DNA from: Paraspadella gotoi
Lineage: Eukaryota > Animalia > Chaetognatha
Assembly: GCA_051294375.1 (NCBI GenBank)
Contig: CM119271.1
Location: forward strand, 2,370,677-2,434,676
Direction: 5' to 3'
Length of the DNA stretch: 64,000 bases
Shown here: piece by piece, positions 26,830 through 42,459 of the stretch
Numbering within the stretch: the first letter of the stretch is position 1
How the letters are laid out: every line of letters starts with the position of its first letter
Notes under the pieces: generated by a model
Told to the model about the DNA's origin: nothing
Seen by the model: the letters and a program-made list of their open reading frames with translations, nothing else
The model's database searches: none
Position numbers and translations under genes: made by a program

Positions 26830-27560
26830 AAACGACGACGATAACGACGACGACGGTGACGACGAAGACGAAGACGATTGCTAAGACGATGACAAAGATG
26901 ATGAAGGCTGCAATGAATGAGAGTCATTGACTATAAAAAGGATGACAATGATCATGACGATAGCGAAAACATAAATGACAATGATGACGAAGAGGAAGAC
27001 AACAAAACGACAACGATATTGGCGAACACGAATGAAAAGATCTTGACTACGAAGACGCTGACAACGATGACGAGGGATGTGATGACAAAGACAAAAAAAT
27101 AACGACACCAACGAGGACAACGACAACGACGACAGAAACGGAGACAAAGATACCAACAGTGAGAACGACGATGACGAATATCAACGAATAAGAACTGCAA
27201 CGATGACAGGGACAACAAAGATATCAGCAATTTAATGGCAATGACTACAATAAGGACAACGATGATGAAGACAAAGATATCAATGTTAAGAACGATGATG
27301 ATGACTATGACTACACCAGGGACAACGGCGACAAAGACAAAGATATCAGCGGTGAAAACAATGATGACTGCAACGACGACGACAGCGACAAAATAGATAA
27401 TTAGATAATTAGACATCTATTAGATATCATCAATGACAACGGCGACGACTGCAATGAGAACGACAATGACAAAGATATCAACAACGACAACGACAACGGC
27501 GACGACTGCAACAAGGACGACGGAGACAAAGATATCAACGACGACAACAACGACTCCTTC
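26830..27560. repeat. Degenerate (GAC/AAC/GAT) trinucleotide tract with recurring gacaaagatatca
   Basis: Direct inspection. Intronic, with in-frame stops. Confidence 0.7.
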
Positions 27561-27865
27561 GACGTCATCGTAAGTGGATGCGCTTGAATGTCTTGAAGAA
27601 GCCGTGCTTCACGAAAGAGGGGGGGCGCGCTTGGCGAAAAGGGCCGATAAAAAGAGAGGCTGAATGAGGAAGAGCGGTGGCGGACGGAGGAATGGAGGGG
27701 TGGAGAGGGGGTGAGGGGATCGACTAAGAGAAAGCGCGAGAAAGCGAGCTCTCTATTCTCGTTTGTCGGATTTCGTGGAGAAAGGGAGAGGGAGAGAGTG
27801 AGAGAGAGAGAGGGAGAGAGAGAGGGAGAGAGAGAGAGAAGAAAGAGAAAGATAGAGAGAGAGAC

Positions 27866-27942
<77 letters not shown>

Positions 27943-28080
27943 TATATATATATATATAATAATCAAACTCTCGATTCGACGCATTTTGACGCATTCTCTT
28001 TTTTGCGCAGAGAAATGAGTCGCGATTGGAAAATCCGTGAAGGGTCTAATGAATTGAGGCAAGGACATTGAGTGAGAGAG

Positions 28081-28158
<78 letters not shown>

Positions 28159-28393
28159 CAAGAGAGAGGAAGGACGATCGGTCATAGAGACATACATCTT
28201 TGATTTGTAATAAATAGATTTCGTCTCTAGTTGATGACAATCCGCGCGCACTGTGCCGAACACTGTGCCGCACACTGTGCCGCACTGCGCCGCACAGTTT
28301 AATAGAGTACGACTTGCAAAAGATGAAAGCTTTTGAAACCGAGAATCGGGGAAAAAAAAACTTTAGAGAAATATAAAAATAAAGATAAATATA

Positions 28394-28588
28394 AGCCAGG
28401 TACTCTGGGAGTGAATAAACGAGACTGTGAGAGAGTCTTGATTGAAAGCTTGCAGGGACCTGCTATGTCATTATCTTGTAAGAGTGATGGAGGCCTTAAA
28501 CCACCAAAGCCTGTCCAAAGTCAGGGGCAAGATAGCTTATTTATTAAATGAATGGATAATTTTTATATTGGTTGTACCAATTTCATAA
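28394..28588 (+). mobile_element. Family B truncated copy
   Basis: Reverse complement of ~7040-7235. Confidence 0.75.
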
Positions 28589-31029
28589 AGTCATTAAGAC
28601 TCAGAACTGGAAAATTTAAACAGTTGTTATTTTATATCTCTTGTATACCAATTCAAAATCATTTTCTAATCTCAAACGAAACGAAAGAAAGAAAACAATA
28701 TTTATATTTCAAAAGTTCAGTAACGACATTATTACAGATGAAAAAAAAGGTGTGACAACAGCATTTAATCTTTTAATTTCACTCCCAGTTGAAATACGTG
28801 TAGCTTATTCCTTGTGCTCTAATTAGTTTCTTTCATATCTTATCTCTTCATTCCCCACGCCAAAGCTCCACCCCTCCCCTCTCGCCAAACCTCGCTCCAA
28901 GTTTCTCTCGTTAAAGCGAAACAAAAAACCGCGAGGGCAACTTAATCTTTTTTTAAGGTTTTTCTTTGTTTAAGGTTTGTTTTTTTAATTCTTAAATTCT
29001 TCTCTCAGTTCTCTGCTTTCCTTGGCAAATTAAAATGGGTTTGATTTTAATTTACAGCCTAAACTACCGGCAAATAATTTCGCACAATTAATTTGTGGAA
29101 TGGGCATCAAACTAATTAAGTAAAACTAATTAAACTAATTAAACTAATTAGGTAATTGAAAACGATAACGGAGTGACTTTTTTCGCCCGTCTTTTATAAA
29201 TTAATTTTAAGTACTTACTTCAATGCAAGTGAGATATTGTATTAAATTTGTTTGGTAAGAGGTTCCCCGCAATTTTTTATCTCTCTCTCTCTCTCTCTCT
29301 CTTTCTCTTCTCTCCACGCTGACGTAATAATCTTAAGAGGTCGTTCTTGCAGAAAATAAAGAGAGAGAGAAAAGAAAAAGAAAAGAAAAAGAAAAGATTT
29401 AAAAGCGAAATAAAGAAACGAAAAGATAAAAAGTCGACGCAAAATCGATTGCGGAGCCGAAATTTAGGGAAGGAGAAAAGAAAAGAAAAGTGAAAAAAAA
29501 GTGAAAAAATATAAAAAAGAAAGAAAAAAGAAAAAAGGAAAGAAAGAAAAGGTAAAAAGGAATACAAAATATTATATTTATGCGAAGCTAAAGCAAATAA
29601 AAGAATCCAGTGGAAAGTCATACAAACGATCTTAGTTTTTTTCAGAATGAGGAAATCGGTTTAGCGCCTTATCATGACCGAAAAAGGTAGAACATTTTGA
29701 AGTTGAGTTCCTGGTTATTAAAAAGCATTAAAAAATATTCTTCAATAGAATTCTTAAAAAAATTCTACAAGTCCATGATCGCCAAAAGATTACTAGGGTC
29801 CCAAAACGTAGATCGCAGAACTTTACGGTTTACCCTATTTGGAATTATTTTTAGAATTTTCTTTGTTTTATACTATTTCTCACTCTATATCTCTATATAG
29901 TAGAATATTAACAAAATTCAGAAAGGAAGTATGCATGTTGGGGTACATGACGTACCAACTAAATATTAAATTTTTCTAGTTATCAACTTTTTGAGATATA
30001 GACAAACATAAATTTCTGAAACCAATAAAGATAGCCTCGGGAATTCATTCGCCATTTTTATCTCGACTTTGAGAGATGACAATAAACATGAAAATACCAA
30101 GATGTGGTGAGTGCCAGATAGAAAAAGGAATTTTAATTTTCGATTTTCACTTTTATTTCGCAAATCCTCGTTAAAGTTGTTTGGAACATCCAAATTCTAG
30201 AAACAACGAGGGGAAAAATAAAACACTGCAATATGCAAATTATTTTAATGTTCGTAGCAACCTGTCAGTTTCGCTTCCACCCCGCACGATTTATTTACTC
30301 TCTTTTCTTTATTGTTTTCTTTTACTGTTACTTCCTCTCTTGTTATTTTAAAATGAATAAAATAAAATAAAAATCAAATAGAGAGTGAGACGTCAAAAAC
30401 ACGTCTTCGAAGGTGTGAGAAAGTTGGAATAGAGGAAAAAGAGGGGCGGGGCAGAGAGAGTGCGAGAGGAAGAAAGAAAGATGTATATATATACATATAA
30501 CCCAGAGACAAAGAGAGTCTTTTTCTAAATCGACGGCAGCAATTATCCTTAAAAGTCATTAAATCGTCTTCATCCTTACTTCACCATTATCTCCCGTCGC
30601 CTCAGTTTAAAAAACGACGATTAAAACAGCAATAACATAAAACAAGTTTGAGCAAACCATGCCGGATCTGCCCACGATCATTAGCGGTAATTAATTAATT
30701 AATTGATTAACTTGATCCGAAATGTTTGTTTTTTTATGTCTTTTCGTCACTAACCACGACAAAAGCAATGACGACGACGATGGCGATGAAGACAATAATG
30801 CCGATAACGATAGACTTGATTGATTGATTGATTGAATAATTAATTAATAGATAAATAAATTGATTGATTGAGTAATTAATTAATAGATAAATAAATAGAT
30901 TGATTGAATACTTAATTGATTGATTAATAACTGATTAATTATTTGATTAATTAATACATCTTGCATTTATATTTTACATAAAAAGAAAAAAAAGCATAAT
31001 CAATTAGTGAAAGGGTTTTTTTGTTTTTT

Positions 31030-31410
31030 CTATTTAAACTCATTTTCACTCGGATGATTCCATCGAAACTTGATTTCCAGCTGAACCACATACTTTCCTA
31101 GCCACACACAAAATTTTATTCCAATCCATCCATCCATCCAATCACGAGTAATTGTTATTTTTTGCTAAGGTGGGATGGACGGACAGACAGACAGGCAGTC
31201 AGACAGACGGACAGATAGACAGACAGACAAAGAGACAGACAGACAGACGGACGGATGGACGGACATCATTTTTTTTTGCATAATGTATCCTAATTCGATG
31301 TTCTGACATGATATAAGTGAATTCCCGACAAGATTGGGGGGGGCGGACCGACGAACCGACAAAGTGAATTATAGAGCCGCAATTTGCTGTAAGCAGATCC
31401 GGCTAAAAAA
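31030..31410. mobile_element. Helentron/DINE-1-like element, family C
   Basis: (GACA/GACG)n tract at 31175-31265 and terminal hairpin agccg...cggct followed by an A-run. Homologous to 23300-23790 (with internal tandem subrepeat tttaaactcatttt.cact) and to 57750-58440 (opposite orientation). Confidence 0.6.
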
Positions 31411-32766
31411 AAAAATAAAACAAACAAAAAACTACTGCTATTGAGAGTAAGACAATACGATGAGGCGAGCCGCTCGGGCATTTAAATTAATACATATATG
31501 ACATATATATTTAAAACGAGTTTTTAAAGGTTAAACCGATTTCTGCGCCATCGAGCGGAAGCGTAAACGACGAAGATTAACGACGACGGAGATGAGGACG
31601 ACAACAACGACAACGACTAAAACAAGAACAACTTTCGAAGACGTAGAATTTAATCTAAGGCGAAAACGACGTTAATGAGCGGAAGGACGACGACGACGAG
31701 GACGACGACGACGCTAACGACCGCTAGCAGTACGTCTCTACCTCCACGCGGTGCTAGCGGGAACATCCTTTCGGATGGCAAAAGAGACGGGAGGCTCAAG
31801 CGATCAAGGAGAAGGAAAAGCCGAAAGGCGGAATCCCGATCTGTTTTCTTGAGTAACGGAGTGGGTCAGGCCCAGCCGACCTGGTCACCTCCCCCCTCTT
31901 CCTCACCTTCCCAATCCCCTCCCTCCCTCCTCCTCTCTCCCTCTCTTCCTCTATCTTTCCCCACCCTAATTAAACAACATTCTGGCTGCAGCCTCTCAAG
32001 GCAAGTCTCAAGTCTACCATCTTAGACAGCTTTGAGAGTGAGGTAGTCCCTCGTTGGACGAATGCCTTTCAAGTCAAGTCAAGACGCTAACGACCGTATC
32101 CATGACAACTATGACCCAGGCAAAGACGATGAGTGGGCGTGACCGATTGACGACTCTCACCTGAACGACGCAAACCGCGCGCGGGAAACGCAAGTCGAGC
32201 GTAAGATGTACGCGTAATGGACTTACGGCGCTGACGACGACGACGACGACGACGACGACAAAGATGACGCCTTCTACGCCAAATCGGCGGAACGTTTATT
32301 TGCGTCCAGGCGTCCGAGTGACCTCGTTCGTAATTACGGTTAAAGAGTTTGGCAAGCATTCGCCGCAATTGACCAGGTTTCCAACCCAGCGATCAATTCC
32401 GTTCGCTTCAGCTGTGACTTTGTGATTTTAAGTTAAACTCATCGGCTTAAGACCTCGAGGTTCGCCTTACCTCCAAACTCCTTCGGCCAATCGCTCGATG
32501 GTCAGTATGCAAAGTAAAAAGAATGGGTTAGTAATCTCTTTACTCTCTGATCTCTCCCCATTTTCTTCGTCTTTTTTCTCGCCAGCCTTTAACTTACCCT
32601 CTCCCTGATAACCTTACTCTATATTACTCCTTTCCCGACCGCCGCACCCTGATCTTCTGTCAGAAACTGTATCAATCTCTCGACAATGCGAAGCCGAAAC
32701 TTTTCCCCAAGAAGGTCGCGTCAGGGGGCAAAGAGGGTTTTTCGGAAAGTGAGAGTGATATTAAAA

Positions 32767-32877
<111 letters not shown>

Positions 32878-33351
32878 TCCCGCAGTGAGAAAATCGACTT
32901 CATTTATTTTTCCTTATAAGTTATAACCATAATTTTTTTGTTCTCTTTTTTTAAAAACTATTTCTCGTCTCAAAAGAAATTCTCACAAAAATTTATAGTA
33001 ATTGATTGAGTAAAGAATGGCGCTAATCGCCAGGCGCCACTCGATAACGCGACCGTCTAAGCCAAGCTATGAGTTCTCAAATGTTTAACCTCCTCGGAAG
33101 CTCGCCAGGAAGTAACGCTGGTCTTAGGTGTGGCTTGCCATCCCACGAGCCACGCGGCGCCCTGCAATCGGCACTGCAACTCCATTGAACACGACATTCC
33201 CCTGCCCTTACAGTATAATTCTGCAAACCCCCGCAGGTGCCATCGCCACGCCCTATGAGCGCCCCCGTGTTCTGCCAATCCTAGACTCGATGGTTTGGAA
33301 AAAGCTCGGACTCGGCGACCAGAGGAGGGCGAGGCTTAATTATGCGGAAGC

Positions 33352-33461
<110 letters not shown>

Positions 33462-34326
33462 GCCACTCGGCAATCTCTAAAAACTCTCGCAAACACCGGA
33501 GCGCCGAGGCGGTTCATGCGATGTCATCGCCACTCATGCGACAAAAGCGCCGATTTAATTTATGCCATCGCATCGTCGCTTCTGTGAAAACGCGGCTTCG
33601 GCTTTGGTCATTTACTACACTATGTCACTATGGTGTAAGTACTTCTTGTCTTTAGAGCAACCTGGCTATGACTCGGAAGTTGGCAAGCATACAAGCAAGA
33701 TTTGACGTCAAAGCTGATATCCGGTGATCCAATCACTTTTCAGTCAGTCAGACAGTCACACTCCTACAGTCGCAATCACTGATACAATTTTAGCCTCACT
33801 TGCTCACACGCTTCAACTCACAATCGCACCGACGGTCACACTCACAGACTTATTCTCAGTCACACTTTGTCGTACTATCATTCACAGTTAAAGGTCACTC
33901 ACTCTATCGGACTCGTTCAAAACTTTCAGACACATTGCTACTCACTCAGTACTCAGTACTCAGTACTCAGTACTCAGTACTCAGTACTCAGTCGCCATCA
34001 CAGTCAGAGTCTCTCTATCAGTCTCACTCGCCCTCATAGTAACATTCTCTCTGTCACAGTCTATCTCACAGTCACTCTCACACTCAACCACGGCGAAGCC
34101 TCCGTTGCCTTCCGACTCGCAGGCCACCCTGCGCTTTGGTAAATTCGATTCGAAATTGAAAAACTGTCGAGAAAATGTAAAGAGCAGATCCTGCGAAAAT
34201 ATGAAATTTTTTTTTTTCTTTTCCGGTGAAATATTGTAAAAATGACTAAAACATCGACTTTGCACCGAGAAGGTTTAATTTTTTTTTCAGTTTGGGTCGT
34301 TGTTGTTGATGTTGTTGTTGTTGTTG

Positions 34327-34936
34327 AGGTTATTGGTTTTCTGAAGAAAGAACAAATGAGTAATCAAGTAATGAGAAAACATTAAAGCAGTAATTGAAAA
34401 AAAAAACGATAAAACTTTTTTTTTTTTATATCGTCAAAAATTTAATCTTGTCATCTTCGCGAATGGATAGAAAATAAATCATTGATAAGTACTTTTAAAG
34501 AGATCGAAATATTTTCTGCCTAAATCCTCGTGTCTGTCTCATCGGTGAATTTCTATTCTAATGCGATTCAAGAAGAAGAAAAGAAGAAAAAAATTTCAAA
34601 CAAAGATTTTAATTTTCGGAGAAATTTGATCGTTTTCAAAATCGTTGAATCGCAAAAAAAAAAAAAAAAAAAAATCTGAAAGAGCTCCTACTTCGATGAC
34701 GCCGTTGACGCCGCCGGCCTCGGCTGAGTTAGCGGCGTCGTGACGCCGGGGATTTAGGTAGCGCCGGTGACGCCCGTGACGCCGTGAAGAGATCGATTTC
34801 ATTGAGCGAAAAAATTCGAGATGGAAAATTGGAAATCTCAGCGGAGAGTGGAAGGGGGGCGGGGGACGTGGGGAGGTTGACCGAGGGGATTGTATGAAAG
34901 GTGTTGATTTATTTATTTATTTACTTATTTACTTGT

Positions 34937-35011
<75 letters not shown>

Positions 35012-35422
35012 TTTGTTTATTTGTTTATTAATTTACTTATTTATTTATTTATTTATTTATTTTTTTATTTATTTATTTCTGTATTTATTTAATTCTTTAT
35101 TTATTTATTTGTCAAGAGTGCGAAGAGATAAGGAATTGGGATGAACGGTTATTTCGTAAAAAGAGAAATTGTACGAGGAAGTGAGATGGCGGGTATAATA
35201 TGGAGATCGGCCTGGGTGTTCTTGACATTTTATGAACATTACTTTTTTTAATATTGGAGTCATTTTGGATCAATGCCAGAGATTGAGAGGGAGAGAGGGG
35301 GAGAGAGAGAGAGGGAGGGAGAAAGAGAAGAGAGAGAGAGGGAGAGAGAGAGAACGGAAAAAAAATAGAAATTTTTTTTTCAAAATATTAAATAAGAGAG
35401 AGAGAGAGGGGGGAGAGGGATA

Positions 35423-35475
<53 letters not shown>

Positions 35476-35712
35476 AGGAGAGAGGAGGAGAAGAGAGAGA
35501 GAGAGAGAGAAAGAGTGAGAGAGAGCAAAAGAGAGAGAGAGAGGAAGAGAGGGGGGGAGAAAGAGACAAAGGAAAATTTTAAAAAATTGTCTCAAAACAT
35601 TGAATAAGAGAGAGATAGATAGATAGAGAGAGAGGGAGAAAGAGAAAGAAATTGGAAAAATAATAAAAAAATGAATCAAAACATTTATTAAGAGAGAGAG
35701 AGAGAAAGAGAA

Positions 35713-35750
<38 letters not shown>

Positions 35751-36196
35751 TGATTGAGAGTGAGAAAGAGAAACAAAACATTGTTTCAGAAACTCGTTCT
35801 GGTATTTGACATCATAATTGGAATATTGGTATTTTCAGAAGAATCGTTTCCTCTTGGTACAAATAAGTTTCTGTCACAATTTTCCGAAAGAGCCACATTT
35901 CTGTTCCTAGTCCAAATTTTAACCAAAGTATTAAACCCTAATCTCGTACTTAAGCCTAAACCTAACAGCTAACCTAAAACTAATTCATAATCATGAAAAG
36001 GGGATTTCATTTCAAAACGATAATAAACCAACTTACAACTTACAATATCCATGTATAACAGTTTCTAACAAACTTTGTTCAAAAGGTAACCAACGATATC
36101 CGACGACAGAAATTAAGGAAAAGGCAAAACATAAAAGGAATGGCTAAGGAAATGACTAAAGGAATTACAAAAGGAATGACCCATATAAAGAGAGAA

Positions 36197-36285
<89 letters not shown>

Positions 36286-36870
36286 ATTTAAACTCGTCCT
36301 CGTTACGATTCTCACTTTTGAATTCCGCGAAAAATTTCATCTCGTCAAAGTTTAAATGGTTTTTTTTCCTGGGGGGGCGGGTGAGATGAAAATAAAAAGT
36401 ATAGAAGAGATGAATAAAGGGGAAAAAAATAAAGATGAAGAATGAGAAAAAATAATAAAAAAAATAAAAAGTTAATAAAAAAAGAAACGAGAAAAAAATG
36501 CGAAGATATTTATAAATCAGAAGAAATAAAAAAGTGTCATTAAAACTAAAAGGAGAGACGGCACCTGGGGCTCGCCTTTTTTCTTTTTCTTAAAAGTGAA
36601 TTTACTTTTTTATTCTCGTTCATCTTCTTCCTACAAGTTCACCAATGGAGAACTTTTTTTATTAATGGAATATTTCCTTTCTCCTCAGGCGTGACAATAG
36701 TAAATAGACTTTTTCTGTTACGAGTAGGATTTCTTTGCACATTGTACTGAACAAAGTCAGTCAGTGCAAAGTCACTCGACCAAGTTCGGTTCCAAGAAGC
36801 GTCGTTCACCTACATTTTATCTTTTTTTCTTTCCATTTTCAATTTCTCCCTCTCTTGAGTTTTTGATTAA

Positions 36871-36903
<33 letters not shown>

Positions 36904-37558
36904 NNNNNNNNNNNNNNNNNNNNNNNNNTGCAGGTTATTGGTTTTCTGAAGAAAGAACAAATGAGTAATCAAGTAATGAGAAAACATTAAAGCAGTAATT
37001 GAAAAAAAACGATAAAACTTTTTTTTTTTATATCGTCAAAAATTTAATCTTGTTCATCTTCGCGAATGGATAGAAAATAAATCATTGATAAAGTACTTTT
37101 AAAAGAGATCGAAATATTTTCTGCCTAAAATCCTTCGTGTCTGTCTCATCGGTGAATTTCTATTCTAATGCGATTCAAGGAAGAAGAAAAGAAGAAAAAA
37201 ATTTCAAACAAAGATTTTAATTTTCGGAGAAATTTGAATCGTTTTCAAAATCGTTGAATCGCAAAAAAAAAAAAAAAAAAAAAAAAATCTGAAAGAGCTC
37301 CTACTTCGATGACGCCGTTGACGCCGCCGGCCTCGGCTGAGTTAGCGGCGTCGTGACGCGCGGGATTTAGGTAGCGCCGGTGACGCCCGTGACGCCGTGA
37401 AGAGATCGATTTCATTGAGCGAAAAAATTCGAGATGGAAAATTGGAAAATCTCAGCGGAGAGTGGAAGGGGGGCGGGGGACGTGGGGAGGTTGACCGAGG
37501 GGATTGTATGAAAGGTGTTGATTTATTTATTTATTTACTTATTTACTTGTTTTTATAT

Positions 37559-37615
<57 letters not shown>

Positions 37616-38038
37616 TTTTATTTATTTGTTTATTATTTTACTTTATTTATTTATTTATTTATTTATTTTTTTATTTATTTATTTCTGTATTTATTTAATT
37701 CTTTATTTATTTATTTAGTCAAGAGTGCGAAGAGAATAAGGAATTGGGATGAACGGTTATTTCGTAAAAAGAGAAATTGTACGAGGAAGTGAATGGCGGG
37801 TATAATATGGAGATCGGCCTGGGTGTTCTTTGACTTTTATGAACATACTTTTTTTAATATTGGAGTCAATTTTGGATCAATGCCAGAGATTGAGAGGGAG
37901 AGAGGGGGAGAGAGAGAGAAGGGAAGGGGAGAAGAGGAGAGGAGAGGAAGAGAAGGGAGAGAGAGAGAACGGAAAAAAAATAGAAATTTTTTTTTCAAAA
38001 TATTAAAATAAGAGAGAGAGAGAGGGGGGAGAGGGATA

Positions 38039-38093
<55 letters not shown>

Positions 38094-38315
38094 AAGAGAG
38101 AGAGAGAGAGAGAAAGAGGAGAGAGAGCAAAAGAAGAGAGAGAGGAAGAGAGGGGGGGAGAAAGAGACAAAGGAAAATTTTAAAAAATTGTCTCAAACAT
38201 TGAATAAGAAGAGATAGAAGATAGAGAGAGAGGGAGAAAGAGAAAGAAATTGGAAAAATAATAAAAAAAATGAATCAAAAACATTTATTAAGAGAAGAGA
38301 TGAGAAGAAAAAAAG

Positions 38316-38351
<36 letters not shown>

Positions 38352-38815
38352 TGATTGAGAGTGAGAAAGAGAAACAAAACATTGTTCAGAAACTCGTTCT
38401 TGGTATTTGACATCATAATTGGAATATTGGTATTTTCGAGAAATCGTTTCCCTTGGTACAATAAGTTTCTGTCACAATTTTCCGAAAGAAGCCACATTTC
38501 TGTTCCTAGTCAAATTTTAAACCAAAGTATTAAACCCTAATCTCGTACTTAAGCCTAAACCTAACAGCTAACCTAAACTAATTCATAATCATGAAAAGGG
38601 GATTTCATTCAAAACGATAATAAACCAACTTACAACTTACAATATCCATGTATAACAGTTTCTAACAAAACTTTGTTCAAAAGGTAAACCAACGATATCC
38701 GACGACAGAAATTAAGGAAAAGCAAAACATAAAAGGAATGGCAAGGAAATGACTAAAAAAAATTACAAAAGGAATGACCCATATAAAGAGAAAAAGAGAG
38801 AGAGAGAGAGAGAGA

Positions 38816-38858
<43 letters not shown>

Positions 38859-39479
38859 AGAGAGAGAGAGAGAGAGAGAATTTAATCCTCGTTCGTTACG
38901 ATTCTCACTTTTGAATCCGCGAAAAATTTCATCTCGTCAAAGTTTAAATGGTTTTTTTTTCCTGGGGGGGCGGGTGAGATGAAATAAAAAAGTATAGAAG
39001 AGATGAAATAAAGGGGAAAAAAATAAAGATGAAGAATGAGAAAAAATAATAAAAAAAATAAAAAGTTAATAAAAAAGAAAACGAGAAAAAAATGCGAAGA
39101 TATTTATAAATCAAGAAGAATAAAAAAGTGTCATTAAAACTAAAAGGAGAGACGGCACCTGGGGCTCGCCTTTTTTCTTTTTCTTAAAAGTGAATTTACT
39201 TTTTTATTCTCGTTCATCTTCTTCCTACAAGTTCACCAATGGAGAACTTTTTTTATTAATGGAATATTTCCTTTCTCCTCAGGCGTGACAATAGTAAAAT
39301 AGACTTTTTCTGTTACGAGTAGGATTTCTTTGCACATTGTACTGAACAAAGTCAGTCAGTGCAAAGTCACTCGACCAAGTTCGGTTCCAAGAAGCGTCGT
39401 TCACACTACATTTTTCTTTTTTTCTTTCCATTTTCAATTTTCTCCCTCTCTTGAGTTTTTGATTAATCTTTCTCTCTCT

Positions 39480-39560
<81 letters not shown>
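34327..39560 (+). repeat. ~2.6-kb direct duplication (34327-36903 and 36932-~39560) separated by a 25-N gap
   Basis: The copies are colinear and differ mostly by homopolymer and microsatellite indels. Probably an overlapping-contig artefact. Confidence 0.9.
34908..35110. repeat. (TTTA)n microsatellite. Other simple repeats: (TTTC)n 50850-50975, (ACTCAGT)n 33944-33991, (ACTAGTG)n 20512-20540, (CTAAGGT)n 63792-63857, and many (AG)n/(CT)n tracts
   Basis: Direct inspection. Confidence 0.9.
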
Positions 39561-39565
<5 letters not shown>

Positions 39566-40180
39566 GAGTTAAATTGTTTAATACATAAGTGAATATCCCG
39601 CGTTTAACCATTAACGCTGTCACCATCTAAGAGATGCCATTTTTTCAAGAGAAACCATTTTAAAAGAGACACCATTTAAAAATAGGGGCCGTTACGAAAC
39701 GATTTAAAAATAAGCGTAATTAAAGAAAGATTTAACAAATTTGAGCGATACGCTATTTACTGTAGCGAGAGACTCCAGTTTGAAGGCGCCGCCATCTTGA
39801 AGGCGACGCCATCTTGAAGGCGACGCCATTTTAAAAGAGGCTTTCGTTTAAATCCCTCTATCAAGCGCCAGGTTCTCTTTCTCATCATCTCTCTTCGCAA
39901 TTGACGTTGCGAACCTCCGCCGCTGTTTTGCCCACTCAGCAGCCTCTGTTTTCCCCGCCGTTTCTACCCTCGCGATCTTCATTTTGCCATGTACGCCATC
40001 CCTACCGTCACCGCAACGGCCGCCGCCACAGCCGCCACCTCCCCATCCCCACTTCTACCGGAAACGCCATTTTTCTGTCATCAGCTCAACATGCGTTTCG
40101 AATCCGCATTTCGAGCCAGATTTAAATTTTTTTTTTCTGCCGAGGGTTGTTTGTGAAAAAAAAAAACGATTTGCGTATTC

Positions 40181-40217
<37 letters not shown>

Positions 40218-42428
40218 GTTTCAATCTTTTCTGTCCAACACATCTCATATTCTTCGACACACCCTATCAATATTTTTTTATCGGTTGTACATTAATTTTT
40301 TTTTTTAAAGAGACAATTTTTCCTCCCTTCATTTTTTAAAATTACATTTGATTTAATTACGTCGAATGTCGCCGGTTCTGCGCTGATCGTCGTCGTCGTT
40401 GTAGTTGTTGTTGTTGTCGTTGTAATGGTCGTAGTTGTCGTTGTCGTAGTTGTCGGCTTCGTCTCCATTGACGTCATTTCCGACTTTCAATTTCTATTCA
40501 AGTTATGTTCGTTTCTCTCCTCCTCCTCCTCCTCCTCCTCCTCCTTCTTCTTCTCCATTTCTCAATCCTTTCAATCTCGACGTCATTCTAAGAAAATTGC
40601 CAACGAAGAGTTGAGATGGAAACATCCATCGAGGTCGTATTGGTGCCATCGACAAAGTCGATGCGATCGGTGCGCATCAGCGTCGCAGGCGTCGGCGGAA
40701 CCATCAGCGACGGCGAAGCAAATCCTCGCTATCAGTTACCGCGGCGTCATTGGGCGTCCCAGTCACCAATGGCACCATTGTCTTAATTGGGGGTTCTCGC
40801 CTGAGCGACAGCCATTTCGCCCTTATTTTCCCCCAAACGCCCCATTTTATTTATTTATTTTTTTTTTTGAAGAATTCGAAATTAAGTTAATTGTTAAGTT
40901 TAAAAAGATTCGGTTAAAGATCGAGGTTGGTGATTAGGTTTAAGTTAATGATTATAGTTAAGAGTAATGCTAAATATTAAAATCATACTGATTAAGTTCA
41001 TTGATTACGAAACAGAAATGAGGCGCCTTTGGAAAAGAGAGCCTTTGATTTCTCGATTGCCATCGGCGCCAAATCGACTTTATTGGCATCTTCGGCGCCA
41101 CACGAGAGACCCAAAAGCGCCCCGTTCTCATTTGGCGCCGGTTCGATGGCATCGACGCCGCCTCAATTTTCTAGGATCTTGTTAACGACATTTTTTATTT
41201 TCAGACGAGATATTTCCCGCCTTCCAAGTCTGAGTGTGATTTATTAAAGTTCACCGACATCGATGTCCCGGAATTTTGACCTATTCAAAGCCCAGGCCTC
41301 CGGTCCTCCGGTCCTCCGGTTCTCATTCCAGTTTCTTCACAAGAGTCAATGAAATTCCGTTCCTTGCTTCGTCTGCTCCCTTCACAACTTACGCTTCTCC
41401 CCTCTCTACTTTCACTTTTCATCTTCTACCCTTCCTTCTTCCGCTTCTTCTTCTCCCCTTTCCACTTCCCATTCCTTCTTCCGCTTCTCCCCTTTCCACT
41501 TCCACTTTTCATCTTCCACCCTTCCCTTCTTCCGCTCCGCTCCTCCGCTTTCCATTTCCACTTTTCATCTCCCGTCTTCCGCTTTGCCGTCTCCTCTTCC
41601 CTTACGCTTTACCCTTCATCCGCCTCTCTCCCCTCTCCTACTTTCACTTTTTCATCCCCCAACCCTTCCTTCTTCAACTTCCGCTTCTCCCCTTCACACT
41701 TCCACTTTTCATCTTCCACCCATCCTTCTTCCTCTTCCCCTTTCCACTTCCGCTTCTTGCCTTCTTCCTTTCCACTTTCCAACTTTTCATCTTCCACCCT
41801 CCTTCTTCCGCTCTTCTTTCCTTTCTCCCTTCCACTTTTTCATCTTTCTCTCCCTTTCTTTTCCGCTCCCCCTTTCTACTTCCGCTTCTCCCCTTCCCAC
41901 TTCCACTTTTCATCTTCCGTTCTCCCCTTTCCACTTCCCCATAATCTCTTCTATTTCCTCTTTCCCCTTTCCACACCCACCTTCCTCCTTTCTTCTTCCT
42001 TTCTCATTTCTATTTCCACTTCCTCCTCCCACTTCCTCCTTCTACTTCCCCCTTCCCCCTTTCCCATCAATCAACTTCCCCTTATCCCCCTTACCCCTTT
42101 CCCGGACCACTCCTCCCCCACCCCCCCTCGCCTTCGAAGTCCTGAACTTAAAACTCGGATCAGTAGATTTACTGACATGAATTTCGCCTGTCACTTTAGG
42201 ACCTTTTTTTTTTCTCCCCGGAATTATAAATCATGGGGAAAGTTAATTTTGAAAAGATACATACATAAAGTGCAAAGATTATATTTATTATTATGTTTAC
42301 ATATGCATTTAGAGGCTGCGTTTGACTTTTATGTGTTCGTCTTTCTCAAACACATTTTTTTCCATTTCACATTTCCATGAATTTTCGCTCTTGAATTTAT
42401 TTATTTTAGCTCTTTGACGCTCTCGCTC

Positions 42429-42459
<31 letters not shown>

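Noticed and set aside
28552-28590. MDNFYIGCT as a GIY-YIG 'YIG' motif
   Set aside because: It lies in the last ~35 nt of repeat family B with an upstream stop and no GIY half, and flanks differ between copies. Probably coincidental.
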